Below are positions 1-12,667 of a stretch of 64,000 nucleotides of DNA, in pieces. The notes beneath the pieces were generated by a model. It was not told the DNA's origin. It did not search any database and saw nothing but the letters and a program-made list of their open reading frames with translations. A program made the position numbers and the translations under genes. Within the stretch, counting starts at the first letter, position 1. Each line of letters starts with the position of its first letter. Source of the DNA: Carcharhinus longimanus (Eukaryota); assembly GCA_030264375.1 (NCBI GenBank), contig JASCQW010000043.1, forward strand, positions 77,653,983 through 77,717,982, written 5' to 3'.

Positions 1-216
1 CAGAGTTATAAAGATTAATGAAGCAGATGGTCAGGACATTGTCTAGAATCATAGTTTCATTTACTGTGAGGCATAGGCACCAAAAGTAATTCCATCTGAT
101 CTTGAAATGGTGTTGAAACGAACTGTGAACGACATGAATTTCATTAAATGCAGTGCACTCAATACCAGGTTTTCGAGTCTGTATGTTTCAAAATGGGAAT
201 TGAGGACATGCACTTA

Positions 217-1043
217 GGCTGGGATTCTCCCCAAAAAATTACAAGTCCCCAACTTGCAGGAAAATGGGAGTAATTCCCACTTTTTTTGCGTGATTTCCAG
301 AATGAGTCTCCGATACTCTCTGCACTGCACAGTGGAATTCACTCTGAAAATCTGTGGGTGGGACCGATTCCCATCTGAGTGGCTGGCATCATAGCGTTGA
401 GCGGGTCACTGTGTATGTGATGATTTGTCAGTGCAGAGATCAGCACAGTGACCCTACATTGCTGGCATCCCAATCACTGGCCAGGCTCAGAACTGGCCAG
501 CTCCACAACCACCACCGCCCCCCCCCCCCATCGCTGGCCTCCTAGATCTCCCCGGGCAAGCCCCGATATCTCCCCTCCACCCCCCTACCAGCCAAACCTC
601 CCTCGCTCTCCCAGTCATCCCAAGAGCAGAGGGACAGCACGTCCCCTCAAGAGGCCCCACCCTCTCTGCCCTAGAGGAACCCCTTGACCCTCAAGCTCCC
701 GGGGGCCCTCAATGGCCTCTCTTCCCTTCAGCAGGGTCAAGCAACCTGTCCCACATTGGTGGGGAGCAGGAGTAAATCCCGCTGGAGGAACCATTCCTGG
801 AAGTGGGGGGGGTGCTAGCAGGCCTTCAATCCTGGGCTAACTCATGAAATGGAAATCATGATTTTCATATGTAAACAGCTCTGAGCCGATTTCTGGTACA
901 GAGCTGATTACGCTGGAAATCTTAGGCTGGGAGACTCACAGAGGCCATGGTGCCCAGCGGGAAGCCCACACAACAGCCCCCGCTGTTGTCTCTTGGCCCA
1001 CCGCACTGCTCAAGCAGCGCAGCAGGCTGGGAGAATCGCCTCC
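217..1043. mobile_element. PIF/Harbinger-type MITE (non-autonomous DNA transposon)
   Basis: Terminal inverted repeats GGCTGGGATTCTCCC / GGGAGAATCGCCTCC (12/15 match), flanked by a TTA target-site duplication at 214-216 and 1044-1046. No coding capacity. Confidence 0.8.
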
Positions 1044-1182
1044 TTATTGCTCCACTGGCTGTCAGGATGTCGGATGCTTGGCAGATTTTACGAACTGAGG
1101 TATGAAATCCACGTTTCCTCCTTGAGAAATTGTTCCCTCTGGCTGATTTGGTGATGAAAGCTGGATGCTAACTCTATCTTAC

Positions 1183-1217
1183 CTTGCAGACATCTTTTAT
1201 TTCTGAACAAGCTGAAC
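1183..1217 (-). CDS. Candidate internal coding exon (35 nt) of the minus-strand gene; (E)FSLFRNKRCLQ
   Basis: Acceptor cctttcctcgcagttttag and donor AAG|gtaaga. Its phase-2 start joins the exon at 1397-1463 in frame. Confidence 0.55.
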
Positions 1218-1396
1218 CTAAAACTGCGAGGAAAGGATGATTGGTTTTGGCACTGGGAACAGATAATTCCCAATGTCATTGACAGTTGGCAAGTGCGAGT
1301 AAAAAGCCAAAACTACTATGCGTTCCCCACACTGCTACAGCACATCAAAGAAAACAGTGTTAGTGAGAGAACTGTCAATTGACTGACAAGTCGTAC

Positions 1397-1463
1397 TCAT
1401 TCACATCCGGCTGTGCTGATGGACAGTGTTTGTCTCTGCTTTTCAGAGGGAAAGTTTCAGATT
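1397..1463 (-). CDS. Candidate internal coding exon (67 nt); (E)SETFPLKSRDKHCPSAQPDVN(E)
   Basis: Strong acceptor ccttttttctttcag and donor GA|gtacga. Only one frame is open, and its phases (1 to 2) fit both neighbouring exons. Confidence 0.55.
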
Positions 1464-1982
1464 CTGAAAGAAAAAAGGTGAGTGAAAAATCCTTTTGAGT
1501 TTGAGAGCTCAGAGTCAGTTATTAACTTACAGCTGAATCCAACTGAGGAGACAGAGCTGCTGCACCTGAGCTGTGACAGCATCTCAAAAACACACCTTAA
1601 GTCCATGAGGTTGTCATCATTCTGGATTAGCATCTCCCAGGATTATCAGTGCTGAGTAATACAAGTATCTTCTTGCTATTGCCCTTCACAACAACCTACA
1701 TATGGTGGGAGGTGGGATTTTCTGTTCTCACAAAAGGCAAAACCTACACAAATGAACCGGCTGAACTCCACACCTGACATGCGTGTTGCCCTCTCATTGT
1801 ATGAACTTATGCACCTAATTGGAGTGAGATCATGAGGACCATGCAGTTCACCTGATGCATTAAAAGGTAGGTGAATGTGGCATGGGTCCTGAATGTCAGC
1901 CAGTTAACAAATTTTGAGAAACATTGATTTAACTAGTTGATGGCTAAATGCAGTGTCTACATTTTCTGGTTCACAGTTACCA

Positions 1983-2044
1983 AGATGTGGAGTTGCCAGT
2001 GTTGGACTGGAGCGGGAACAGCAAGAAGTCTCATAACACCAGAT
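1983..2044 (-). mobile_element. Penelope-like terminal repeat, left part (split by a Rex1 insertion)
   Basis: Reverse complement of the ...ctggtgttgtgagacttcttactgtg...ccagtccaacaccggcatctccacatc terminus seen at 36680-36742. It continues at 3613. Confidence 0.65.
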
Positions 2045-3612
2045 TAGTGGTCAACAAGACCAACAAGAGGTCAGCAAAAGTATGCCCTCCACCGTGGGAG
2101 CCCTGGATGAATCTGGAGTCACCATTGCAGATGTCAGAATAGCTTTCTTGAAGGTCAACCCATGGAAAGCAATTGGCCCGGATGGGGTACCCGGACGAGC
2201 ACTCAGATCCTGCGCAGATCAACTGGTGGGGTATTCAAGACATCTTCAACCTCTCTTTACATCAATCTGCTTCAAGAAGATGACCATCATCCCGATACCA
2301 AAGAAAATCAAAGCAGTGTGCCTTAATGACTATAGGCCAGTGGCTCTGACATCCATCATTAGAAAGTGCTTCGAAAGGCTAGTCATGGCACAAATCAATT
2401 CCAGCCTCCTGGACGATCTAGATCCCCTACAGTTTGCTCACTGCTGCAACAGGTCCACAGCAGCTGCCATCTCCCTGGCCCTACATTCAACTCTGGAATA
2501 CTTAGATAACAAGGACACCTACGTCAGACTGTTATTTATTGACTATAGCTCAGCCTTCAACACTATTATTCCCACAAAACTCATCTCCAAACTCCGTGGC
2601 CTGGACCTTGGCACCTCCTTCTGTGACTGAATCGCGAACTTACAAACTCATAGACCACAATCAGTAAGGATAGGCAACAACACTCCCAGGATCATCCTCA
2701 ACACCGGTGCTCCACAAGGCTGTGTTCTCAGTCCCCTACTGCTTATAAATCTATGACTGTGTGGGCAAATTCCTCTCCAAATCGCTTTTCAAGTTTGCTG
2801 ACGGCACCACCATAGTGGGTCGGATCTCAAACAATGACGAGACAGAGTACAAGAATGAGATAGAGAATCTGGTGAACTGGTGCGGCAACAATAATCTCTC
2901 AATGTCAGCAAAATGAAGGAGATTGCCATCGACTTCAGGAAGCGTAAAGGAGAACATGCCCCTGTCTACATCAACGGGATGAAGTAGAAAGGGTCGAGAG
3001 CTTTAAGTTTTTAGGTGTTCAGATCACCAACAATCTGCCCTGGTCCCCCCATGCCGACACTATAGTTAAGAAAACCCACCACACTTCTAATTTCTCAGAA
3101 GATTAAGGAAATTTGGCATGTCAGCTACGACTCTCACCAACTTTTACAGATGCAGCATAGAAAACACTTTCTGGTTATATCACAGCCTGGCATGGCTCCT
3201 GCTCTGCCCAAGACTGCAAGGAACAGAAAAGGTCGTGAAAGTAGCCCAATCCATCACGCAAACCAGCCTCCCCTCATTGACTCTGTCTACACTTCCTGCT
3301 GCCTTGTCAAAACAGCCAGCATAATTAAGGACCCCACGCACCCCAGACATTCTCTCTTCATACAAAAGTCTGAAGTCATGTGCCAACCGACTCAAGGACA
3401 GCTTCTTTCCTGCTGCTGTCAGACTTTTGAATGGACTTCCCTTGCATTAAGTTGATCTTTGTCTACACCCTAGCTATGTCTGTAACACTACATTCTGCAG
3501 TCTCTCATTTTCTTCTCTATGAACAGTATGTTTTGACTGTATAGCACGCAAGAAACAATACTTTTCACTGTATGTTAATACGTGTGACAGTGGTAAATCA
3601 AATCAAATCAAA
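2045..3612 (+). mobile_element. 5'-truncated, decayed Rex1/Babar non-LTR retrotransposon (RT fragment and 3' tail)
   Basis: RT motifs KAIGPDGVPG, NDYRPVALTSII, YVRLLFIDYSSAFNTI, TGAPQGCVLSP and KFADGTT, with stops and frameshifts. Ends in an (AATCA)n tail. Confidence 0.9.
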
Positions 3613-3765
3613 TAAAGCCCAACAGATTTACTTGGAGTCACAAACTTTTGGAGCAATGCTCTTTCATCAAGTGAGTCACCTGATGAAGGAGCAGTGCTCC
3701 AAAAGCTTGTGATTAAATAACCTGTTGAACTTTAACCTGGTGTTGTGACACTTCTTACTGTGCCA
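3613..3765. mobile_element. Penelope-like inverted terminal hairpin with two mutated hammerhead motifs
   Basis: Palindrome centred on ~3675. The right arm CACCTGATGAAGGAGCAGTGCTCCAAAAGC has GAAA mutated to AAAA. Confidence 0.7.
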
Positions 3766-4810
3766 ACAGACTAGGCTGAATGGTAACATGGGAGACTCCA
3801 GACAATCGCTGGGTCATAAGTACTTGACAATGATCAAATGATGCTGCAGCTGAAGCTTCAACAGTCCACAGAAAGTTAACCTGACTCATAGGCCATTACT
3901 GTGAGTTACAGGTGACTGTGTCATAATGAATAATCTCATGCTGGGGTCTTAGTATGAAGATGAGGCCTGACACCCTGCACCTTTGGGAATCTTAACATTG
4001 CAGCAAATCCCACTGCTCTGGCAGGCAGGTTGGTTTTACCCAGGGAAAACTGGATGTAACTGTGTGGATTACTGATTAAGCTGTCTGTACCTCTCAGAGC
4101 AGATTCTGAGCAGACGTTTGAGATAATCTGTAGAGGTCCCCATTGGAGCGCTGGAACAAGTCACTCGGAAAAAGGCCTAGTGCGGCTGTCACCTTTTAGA
4201 GTCACTGTCAAAGGACAGCCTACCAGTCCATGAGGCATCAGCTCCTGCTGAAGAATGTGGCAGATGAGAGTCACTCCATCCTTTGGGGCATTAGGTATAT
4301 GCACTTTGGATATGGCACATTTGCTTTATGCTTGCCTAGAGACGGTAGAAGGGTAATTGGAATCCAATCCAATAATGCCTCTGATTCTGATTTAGTTCTC
4401 ACAAGATTGCGCACCATGAGTTCAAACAAATGCTCAAATCTTTCAATTGGCTTTAGGGCTTTCCTAACATGTCTCAACTGAACCCTGATCTACAATAGCT
4501 AATGTGAAAATTATTGGGGTGCGTGCCCCTTCAATCCACACAGAAATGCAGTAGTTGACTCCTCCCACAACCCCTATGAGGACTCCCCTGGTAAAATTTT
4601 TTATATCTTATTTTTCAACTGAGTAGTTAGATGAACTTGGATTTTACTATGGGGTTTACCGTGGTTTTACTATGAAATCAGCTTCAAACTCCTCCCACCA
4701 TCTCATCAACATAGAAGTTCCCCCATCCTGATGGTTGCTCTTCCTCTGATTACTCTCCTTCCTCCCCTATTGATTCTGTTATTAGTGTTGTTGATGTCCC
4801 TGTTCTCCTA

Positions 4811-4923
4811 CTGAATGGGAGCAGCTCTCCGAAAGCCCGTGATTCAAATAAACCTTTGGACTTTAACCTGGTGTTGTGAGACTTCTTACAGTGCCCACCC
4901 CAGTCGAACGCCGGCGTCTCCAT
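4811..4923 (+). mobile_element. Penelope-like terminal fragment
   Basis: ggagcagctctccgaaagc...aataaacctttggactttaacctggtgttgtgagacttctta, the same family as 3680 and 36630. Confidence 0.65.
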
Positions 4924-5657
4924 ATACTAACACTTTCCCAGTCACACCTCCAAGCCATGTGGCTCTGTTCACTCCTTCCCAGTCATTCTTCTCATTGTTT
5001 TCCCGTTTGTTTTCAGTGACTGAGCAGTCCTGGCATGGGGACAGAGCAGCAGTGAATATAACAATGAACAGTATGCAGTGCTGCGTGCACAGACCTCGAG
5101 GATGCGAATGATGTGGAGTTCAGCTGGTGAGTTATATTGGTCACAGATCGGACTGGTCTAATTATCGCCAGTGTGGCCATTTGATCTGGAGTGAAGATGT
5201 GATTCCTGTGTGCTGGGTTTAATGAATATTCGTGATGGGCAACCCGACCCACCATGACACTCGGAAGCAAAATCTTTTAAACTATATTCACAGCGGTGGG
5301 AAACATTGGGGCTGATCTTGAGCTCACATTCACTATCCAAGCAAGTGCCAGCAGGGGCGCAAGATCTGGAAGTCGCAGATCTCGCCAGCAAGATTGCAAA
5401 CTCAGATCTTCCCCATCCATCGCTGGCGACATCATGAGGTTCATGTCCATTTTGGAGAGAAACACATCGGTTTTCTCACCAGATACAACACTCTGCCAAT
5501 TTTTGCTAAGATTTCCCCCTAATGTTTGGCTGCAATCGGAATTTCCTGGTCCTGCTTGCCATGATAACCATCACTGGCAGGGTCAGATAATCCTATCCTC
5601 ACTTACAACATCGCATCTAAATAATGATACCATTGACAATGAAGTCATCCTTCAACA

Positions 5658-5925
5658 TAGAATCCTCATAGAATCCCTCCAGTGCAGAAAGGCCATTTGG
5701 CCCACTGGATCTGCACCTATTATCTGACAGAGCATCTCACCCATTCCCTATCCCTGTAACCTGATGCGTTTACCCAGCTAATCGCCCTAACCTTTTTGTT
5801 CTTTGTTCTTTAACCTACACAACTTGGAACACTACTTGGGGCAATTTAGCATGGCCAATCCATCTAATCTGCATATCTTTAGACTTTGAGAGGAAACTAG
5901 AGCATCCGAAAGAAACCCACGCAAC
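5658..5925 (-). mobile_element. V-SINE (HE1-like), partial
   Basis: Reverse complement of the V-domain (ggttaggtggattggccatgctaaattgcccc) and the LINE-derived tail. Confidence 0.75.
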
Positions 5926-6343
5926 TGCATGAAAATATCAGCCTGAATTATGATTCAGAAGTTATATTGCAACCTTTAGCTAATTTGACACATTAATTAC
6001 ATAATTATAAGTCAATCATGGTTAGATTTGAAGCAATTAATTTTTAGGGCTTAATGTTTTTCTGAGTCCTGTCTCCTCATCAATTTTACTGAATAACTGG
6101 GTGTAATAATGATCAAAAACTACAAGATATTGGGGCAAATATCTGAGATACTAGCTCTCCACAACAACAATCACATGAATTTAGACAGCATCTTTGCTAG
6201 AGAAAAATATCCCAAGGCTTTGCGCAGAAATATAATGAGACAAATTCTGACATTGCAGAATAGAAGGAGATACTAGGAGGAGTGACTTAAAGTTTGGTTA
6301 AAGAGTTGATTTTAAGCAAGGTTATAAAAGAATAAGGAATTGA

Positions 6344-7055
6344 GGATGGGATTTTGCAGTGGTTTTGGCTGGAGAGCCAGTGAAACACCCAGGTTGCCTC
6401 ACTGAGAGATGGCCTGCAGTATCTTGTTTCACTCAGACAAGTGATAGGCCAACAGTGGGCCTTCCCCTGGATCAAGGACGCAGGGGTGGAAGTCTCCCCT
6501 GCCAAGAGCTACTGGCCAACCAGAGACTAACAGCTCTACTGAATGGCAGCATCACTGGCAAGGCAGTGGCGCACACCCAAGTTCTAGGATTGTCAGTGGA
6601 TCCCAGACTAGAGGTGAGTGATGGTGGGCAGGGTTTCAAGGGATGGGGGTTTTGAGAGAAGGGAATGAGGAGTCAGCAGAAAGAACAGAGGTGGATCTCA
6701 GCAGAACACTTCTTCCCTATGCTGGTCCCTCAGTCAGAGGGATTGAGAGACCAACACAGCAAGAAGAGTTGAGTGGGAGATGCCCTTTAAGCAAACTCAA
6801 CATGGTTTGCTTTCCATCCTCCCTACATGGCAAGCCATCAGTGGTGGCGGAATGAGGCCCTTTGGTGGGCATTAATTGCCTGTGTTAAGAGCCTTGATCG
6901 GTGGCAAGTCAGGAAGGTCAGCCACAGGCTTTCCCACAATGCACTTAATCAGAGAGAAGGTGGGAAGGTGTTGAGACCCCCACCCGCCACCCTGCCATGA
7001 TTAAATGGACCTCTATCACCAAACATGCCATAGGGGAGCACACAAGATTATTCCC
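6344..7055. mobile_element. Harbinger-type MITE, diverged
   Basis: GGATGGGATTTTG start and AAGATTATTCCC end; the GC-rich interior resembles 31391-31999. Confidence 0.5.
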
Positions 7056-7479
7056 TGAGAGGCACCAAAATTTAGAGAGTGAATTCTAGAAATTAAATCC
7101 CAAGACTCGTGACCATCACTGAATCTAGTGCCCATCTGAAAATCCACCAGTTTGTGGGTGGTTTGATACAAATATGGTCAATATACCGCATGTCATCATG
7201 CATGCAACTTGTTGGTATTGTGCACATACTTGCAGCCAGTGTTCTGCACAGGTTTGGGTCTGTCAATGACTGCCATTGTCAAAACCACCCATAAATATAA
7301 TGCTTTGGAATTATTTCAGAATGTCTCTGTAATGTCAGCAAGGTAAGTCAAACAGCTGTCATTAATGTGTAAAGCAATTAACTGAGGCTGTGTCTATTTG
7401 AGCAAACAATTCCATCTCCCTCCTGATTGATAAACCAACAGTAGCACGAGGCTTCAGAGCATACTTGCAAAGTTACAAA

Positions 7480-7830
7480 ATTGCCAAATATCCAAGTTTC
7501 AGAGACACTGGGACCATCTGATAAAGATGTCTAAAATTTGCAGCTATAGGATAGAGGACATAAAAGTGGAAATAATCCAAAACATGTGAACATAGATGTA
7601 AGAGATCTCCAGTGGAGAGCAAGATAATTTCTTTACATGAAAGGTTATGAGGCAATGGGATATGTCAACACTTAAGAGTAGGTTAGATTGGGTGGTTGAA
7701 GGAAGGGGGAATAAAGAGATAAGAGAACAAGTGAAGCACAGGATTACTGCTGGAGGGACAACACTAACACAGATTGGATGGGTGAAATGATTTGCTTCCG
7801 TGTTGTAATTTCTTTGTACATACCATAATT
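7480..7830 (+). mobile_element. Old CR1 3' fragment
   Basis: Decayed CR1 3'-end phrases (ttctttacatgaaaggttatgaggcaatggga; ggatgggtgaaatgatttgcttccgtgttgtaa). Confidence 0.5.
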
Positions 7831-8176
7831 CTATATGGCTCCACATTGATCTTTGTGTAAAAGTATGACAGACAAAAATAAGAAAATATCTCATTCCCTG
7901 GATCTTCACCTTATTTTAAATCAGACTACTTAAGTCAATACTTAATTCTGACACAGCTGTCATGAGAAGGAGGAAGAAGATAGGTTACCAGAGATATGCA
8001 TCTGCGCAGTATTCGGGAATGGTTTTCAGGAGATAAAACTATTTTGGTACATTCTTTGTTACCAGTGAGTAAATAAGAGATTAGCAGTAGTTTATCAGAA
8101 GCTGTGAGATGATAGCAGTCTGCTGACTTCTGCTACTCCAGCATCTCTATAACCATCCCTCCCAGGATTTGTTTAC

Positions 8177-8216
8177 CTTTATTATCATGTGGGGCTAGAT
8201 GATGATCTGTCTTTTC
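8177..8216 (-). CDS. Candidate internal coding exon (40 nt); EKTDHHLAPHDNK
   Basis: Acceptor ctttacttactcctgttgcag and donor AAG|gtaaac. Phase 0 to 1 joins the exon at 1397-1463 in frame. Confidence 0.5.
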
Positions 8217-8422
8217 CTGCAACAGGAGTAAGTAAAGTTGAGATGTTCTAATTAACAAGAAAACAGAGTAATACCCCATGTGTTGGCTTGCAGATCACGT
8301 TAAATACAATATAGAACAGTCAGTTATTAATGGAGAGTGGTTTGTTGAGGGTGGTGGAGGGTATGCATCAAAAGGATACAAACAAAGGAATATTTCCCAG
8401 ATTAAAGCTGTTGCTGTAACAT

Positions 8423-9133
8423 GGGTGGAATTCTCCCAAGCCCCCACTGGCATGTTTAATGCTAGGCACAGTGGGAGAAAAGGCGGGAGGCCCAGAAATC
8501 TTTTTCAGACTGGCGTGAATTTACAGTGGAATCTTCTGCAGATCCCAGCCATGGTAGATTGGAAAATCTGTTTGATTTCGGCGTGAACCTCATTTGTATC
8601 CTGTTAATGCAGATGAAGACCCCATCCTTCACGTCAGATTCTCCAGGTGCCGGCAGGAAAACACGCCAGCATGAAACACTTTCAGAACAATGAGTGCGCT
8701 GGTAACGGGGACTCACCTGAACAATGCCTGGGACTGCCTCCGGATTCAGGATGGACGCCACCTGTAATTGCAGACGCTAGAACACCATGGGTAGGGGGAG
8801 CATCTGTGGGTGGACCTGTCCTGGAGGGAGTTCCTCTTCCAGCCTGAGAATGTTCCTGGAGCTCCAGCTTTGTCCTCAGGAGGTCCACGCTTCTTCTTCA
8901 ATAGCGGGTCAATGATGTTGGGCGCCTTTTCAATATGGTGCCCAGATACTATGGCGGACTGCATGCCACCCTGACCTGTCCTGCTTTGCCACTGAATATG
9001 GCATGAAATACTTGGGTGCATAATTAATGAGGTGAGGGCCTGAAAATTTAGCATGTTTTCCTACTGGCCACTGCAGTGGGAAACTCTTCACATTTCCGCA
9101 CCCTTCACATCTCAAAATAGGAGAATTCTGCCC
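8423..9133. mobile_element. Harbinger-type MITE
   Basis: TIRs GGGTGGAATTCTCC / GGAGAATTCTGCCC (12/14 match). Confidence 0.7.
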
Positions 9134-9191
9134 ATAGACGCCAACATTTTTACCTGACAAATAATCTGATTTTGTAGAATCAAAAACAAAA

Positions 9192-9501
9192 TCATAGAAT
9201 CCCTACAGTGCAAAAGGAGGCCATTCGGTCCATCAAATCTGCACCGACAACAATCACATCCAGGCTCTATCCCTATAACCCCATGTATTTATCCTGTTAA
9301 TCCCACTAAGGGACAACGTAGAATGGTTAATCAACCTAACGTGCACACCTTTGGACTATGGGAGGAAGCTGGAACACCCTGAGGAAACACATGCAGTCAC
9401 ACTGACAACGTGTAAACTCCACACAGACAGTCGCCTGAGGCTGGAATTGAACCCAGGTCCCTGGCACTGTGAGGCACCAGTCCTAACCACAATACCACCA
9501 T
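9192..9501 (-). mobile_element. V-SINE (HE1-like), near full length
   Basis: tRNA-like head, V-domain and tail on the minus strand. Confidence 0.85.
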
Positions 9502-9844
9502 GATTTGAAAGTGCGTTAAGGTAATGTGTTGAGGAGGTGATGTTGGTGTTGTATATTAGTGCGCTGCTTTATGGAAATTTCTGATTCCTGATAGAGTATT
9601 CACAAAGGGGTTAGAGAATTGGAATAGTATTGCAGAGGTCTTGCAATCAAGCTGTACCAAGCTCAGGGATTCAATCATTTTAGTGATTGGTAGATTAGTA
9701 CCATATCATAAAAACTGCTAGATTAGTGTAAAATCCAATTATTTAATTTCTCCAGTGAAAGAAAGCTCTGATGGTTTATGTGTGACTCCAGTATTACTTT
9801 AGATGATTGACTTGTTGGGATTAGATTAAACATTTACAAACATT

Positions 9845-10640
9845 TGAATTATGAGCAGGAGTAGGTCACTCGGCCCCTCAAGCCTGCTCGGCCATTCAAT
9901 AAGATCAGGAATGATCCAATTGTAACCTCAGTGTCACATTCCTGCCTACCATCGATAACCTCTCACCCCCCTGTTAATCAAGAATCTATCTGGCACTGCC
10001 TTAAAAATATTCAAAGACTTTGTTTCCCCTTTTGTTTGAGGAAGAGAATTTCAGAAACTCATGACCCTCAGAGAAAAAATTCTCCTAATTTCTGTCTTAA
10101 GCTCCTTATTTTTAAGCAGTGACCCCTTAAGTTCTAGACAAGTTCTAGACAACACCCTCTCCACATCCATCCTGTCAATACCCCTCAGGATCTTAAAGGT
10201 TTTGATCAGGTTGCTTCTTACTCTTTTAAACTCGAGTGGCTACAAACCTAACCACTCCAACCTGTCTTTATTGGACAACCCACCTATTCCTGATATCAGT
10301 CTAATAACTATTTTCTAAACTGCTCCTAACACATTGACATCTTTTCTTAAATAAATAGGCCAAATACTGTACACAGTACTCCAGATATGACCCCACTAAT
10401 GCTCTGTATAACTGAAGCATAGCCTGCCTACTTCTGTAATCAATTCACCTCACAATAACTAATAATATTCTATTAGCTTTCCTCATACCTTGCTGTACAT
10501 CAATACCAGCTTTTTGTGATTCATGCAGTAGGACACCAGATCCCTCTGCACCTCAGCGCTGTGCAATCTCTTACCATTTAGATAATAAGCTTTTTTATAC
10601 TTCCTGCCAAAATGGATAATATCATACTTGTCCATATGAT
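9845..10640 (-). mobile_element. CR1 LINE 3' fragment
   Basis: gagcaggagtaggtcactcggcccctcaagcctgctc tail plus decayed ORF2 C-terminal sequence. Confidence 0.8.
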
Positions 10641-10760
10641 ATTCTAACAGCAGACTTGCAGAAACCCTAGACTATTGGGATTTTTCAAGGATTATGCTGA
10701 AGTTGCAGCAAATGTACAGTCAGTGGAAGCAATCCTCTCAATACCCTCAGGATAGCTACA

Positions 10761-10886
10761 GATGGATACTAAACTAAAGACAGACATTAGACCATCGATG
10801 GGCAATAGACCAGAGATGGACAATAGACTAGAAATGGGCGACAGACTAAAGGTGGGCAATAGTCAAGTGATGGGTAATAAACTAGA
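10761..10886 (+). repeat. 18-bp minisatellite, 7 diverged units (consensus ~GATGGGCAATAGACTAGA)
   Basis: Units start at 10761, 10779, 10797, 10815, 10833, 10851 and 10869. Confidence 0.85.
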
Positions 10887-11757
10887 GAACACACTGGGTC
10901 GTTGGGGCAATCAAACTCCATCTCTTAGAGGTGGGTCCTGGAGAATGCATAATGCACTCAGTTAGGACTCCTGTGTGAAAGAAAAATATCAGCACTGGAA
11001 GGAAGAGGAGTGGGAGAATTAAAAAGTGTAAAAAATTGAGAAAAGATATATTCAATTTAAAATAGCATGGGAATTTTTATTTTCTAAAAATAAAACTACA
11101 GGCTGACATATTTGATTGGTATGGTGCTTTGTCAGGAGTACCCATGAGTTGAAAAGTGTCTCTTTTTCACAGATCAGTGGATCATGGTGTCTCACTACCA
11201 CAAGCTGACAGATCAAAGTGCCTCGCTTTAACTGAGACACATGCATTGAGAAGTTAAAATGCAATAGCTTTATTCTAGCAGTCTGGCAGATCATTATTAC
11301 CTGACAGATTATTAGAGAAGTGCTACTGAATAAAACTATAAATCCACTCGATGTATCCACAGATTGGCAGGTCAATAGCGAACTGATGGAATAAATGAAT
11401 TTCATTTTGATTACCCTTCCTGTCCTGAGATCAAACAATGAAAACACATTTAATCATTAATCTTTCTTGGCAACAGAATGGGTAGCTTTATGAACTGATT
11501 ATTATTTTCATAGAAAAGCATTTTGCAAACCCTTTTGAAAATACACAATACAGTACATAGAATTAGATTGAAATATCACTGAGAAATTTGCATTTGATTT
11601 TTCTTTTCTGAAGCAGAAAATGTTTTATTTATGAAATTGCTGACACTGAAATAATAGTATTAATCATTGGTGATTATAACTTAAGGTTTTGTCCAAACAG
11701 TAACACTTAAAATGGCAATCTTTATTGACATCTTCCCCAAAAATACAATGGGAAATT

Positions 11758-12080
11758 GGGCAGCATGATAGCACAGTGATTAGCACTGCTGCCTGATAGC
11801 TCCAGAGACTGGGTTTGATTCCCAACTTGGGTCACTGTCTGTGTGGAGTTTGCACATTCTCCCTGTGTTTGCATGGATTTCCTCCGAGTGCTCCGGTTTC
11901 CTCCCATAGTCCAAAGATGTGTGGGTTAGGTGCATGCTAAATTGCCCCTTACTGTTCTAGAATGCATAGGTTAGAGGGATTAGAGGGGTAAATATGTGGG
12001 GTTACGAGGATAGGTGGGATTGTTGTCAATGCAGACACGATGGGCTGAATGGTCACCTTGTGCACAGTAGGGAATTCTAT
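11758..12080 (+). mobile_element. V-SINE (HE1-like)
   Basis: Head gggcagcatgatagcacagtgattagcactgctgcc; V-domain gtcactgtctgtgtggagtttgcacattctcc. Confidence 0.88.
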
Positions 12081-12667
12081 GAGGTGTGGTGCTGAACTCT
12101 ACAACTTAGAAGAGTTTCTAATTTGACCTCTGCTCTGAATTAGCCAAAATTAACTAAGAGCCTGTATATGGCTGCTGCATCTGCATCTTGAAGGGGACAG
12201 AGGGAGAACGTTCCCTTTCCCAATCAACGTCCAATCATCCGTCTAATTGTAGGTATAGGTCGACAGTTTTTGGAGCGTTCAAGCACTGGGTGAAGAGAAG
12301 ACCGAGTCCCTCTCTGATGAATCATGGTTGATTAAGCTGCCAAATGCTCCAACTACTCAGATGCAGACATGAAGAATGGTCACGTGGAAGTAGTAGTGGA
12401 GAAAAGCTGATGCCTGCAGAACCAACCCAAGCATGAACCACCAGCTTCAGGGAAAAAAAAGGAGGAAATTGAAGGAGCAAAATGAATCAAGGACAATCCG
12501 ATATTGATTCTTGTTAAATAATGAAAATCTTGTCATTCAAATGTAAATTATATTGGAAATACAACAGTTAGAAAATTTACATCCACAGATAAGAAATACA
12601 TTATTTAGATTATGGCACAAAAGTGCTTAAATAATGATTGATTAAGTTAACTAGGTAATATTAGAAC

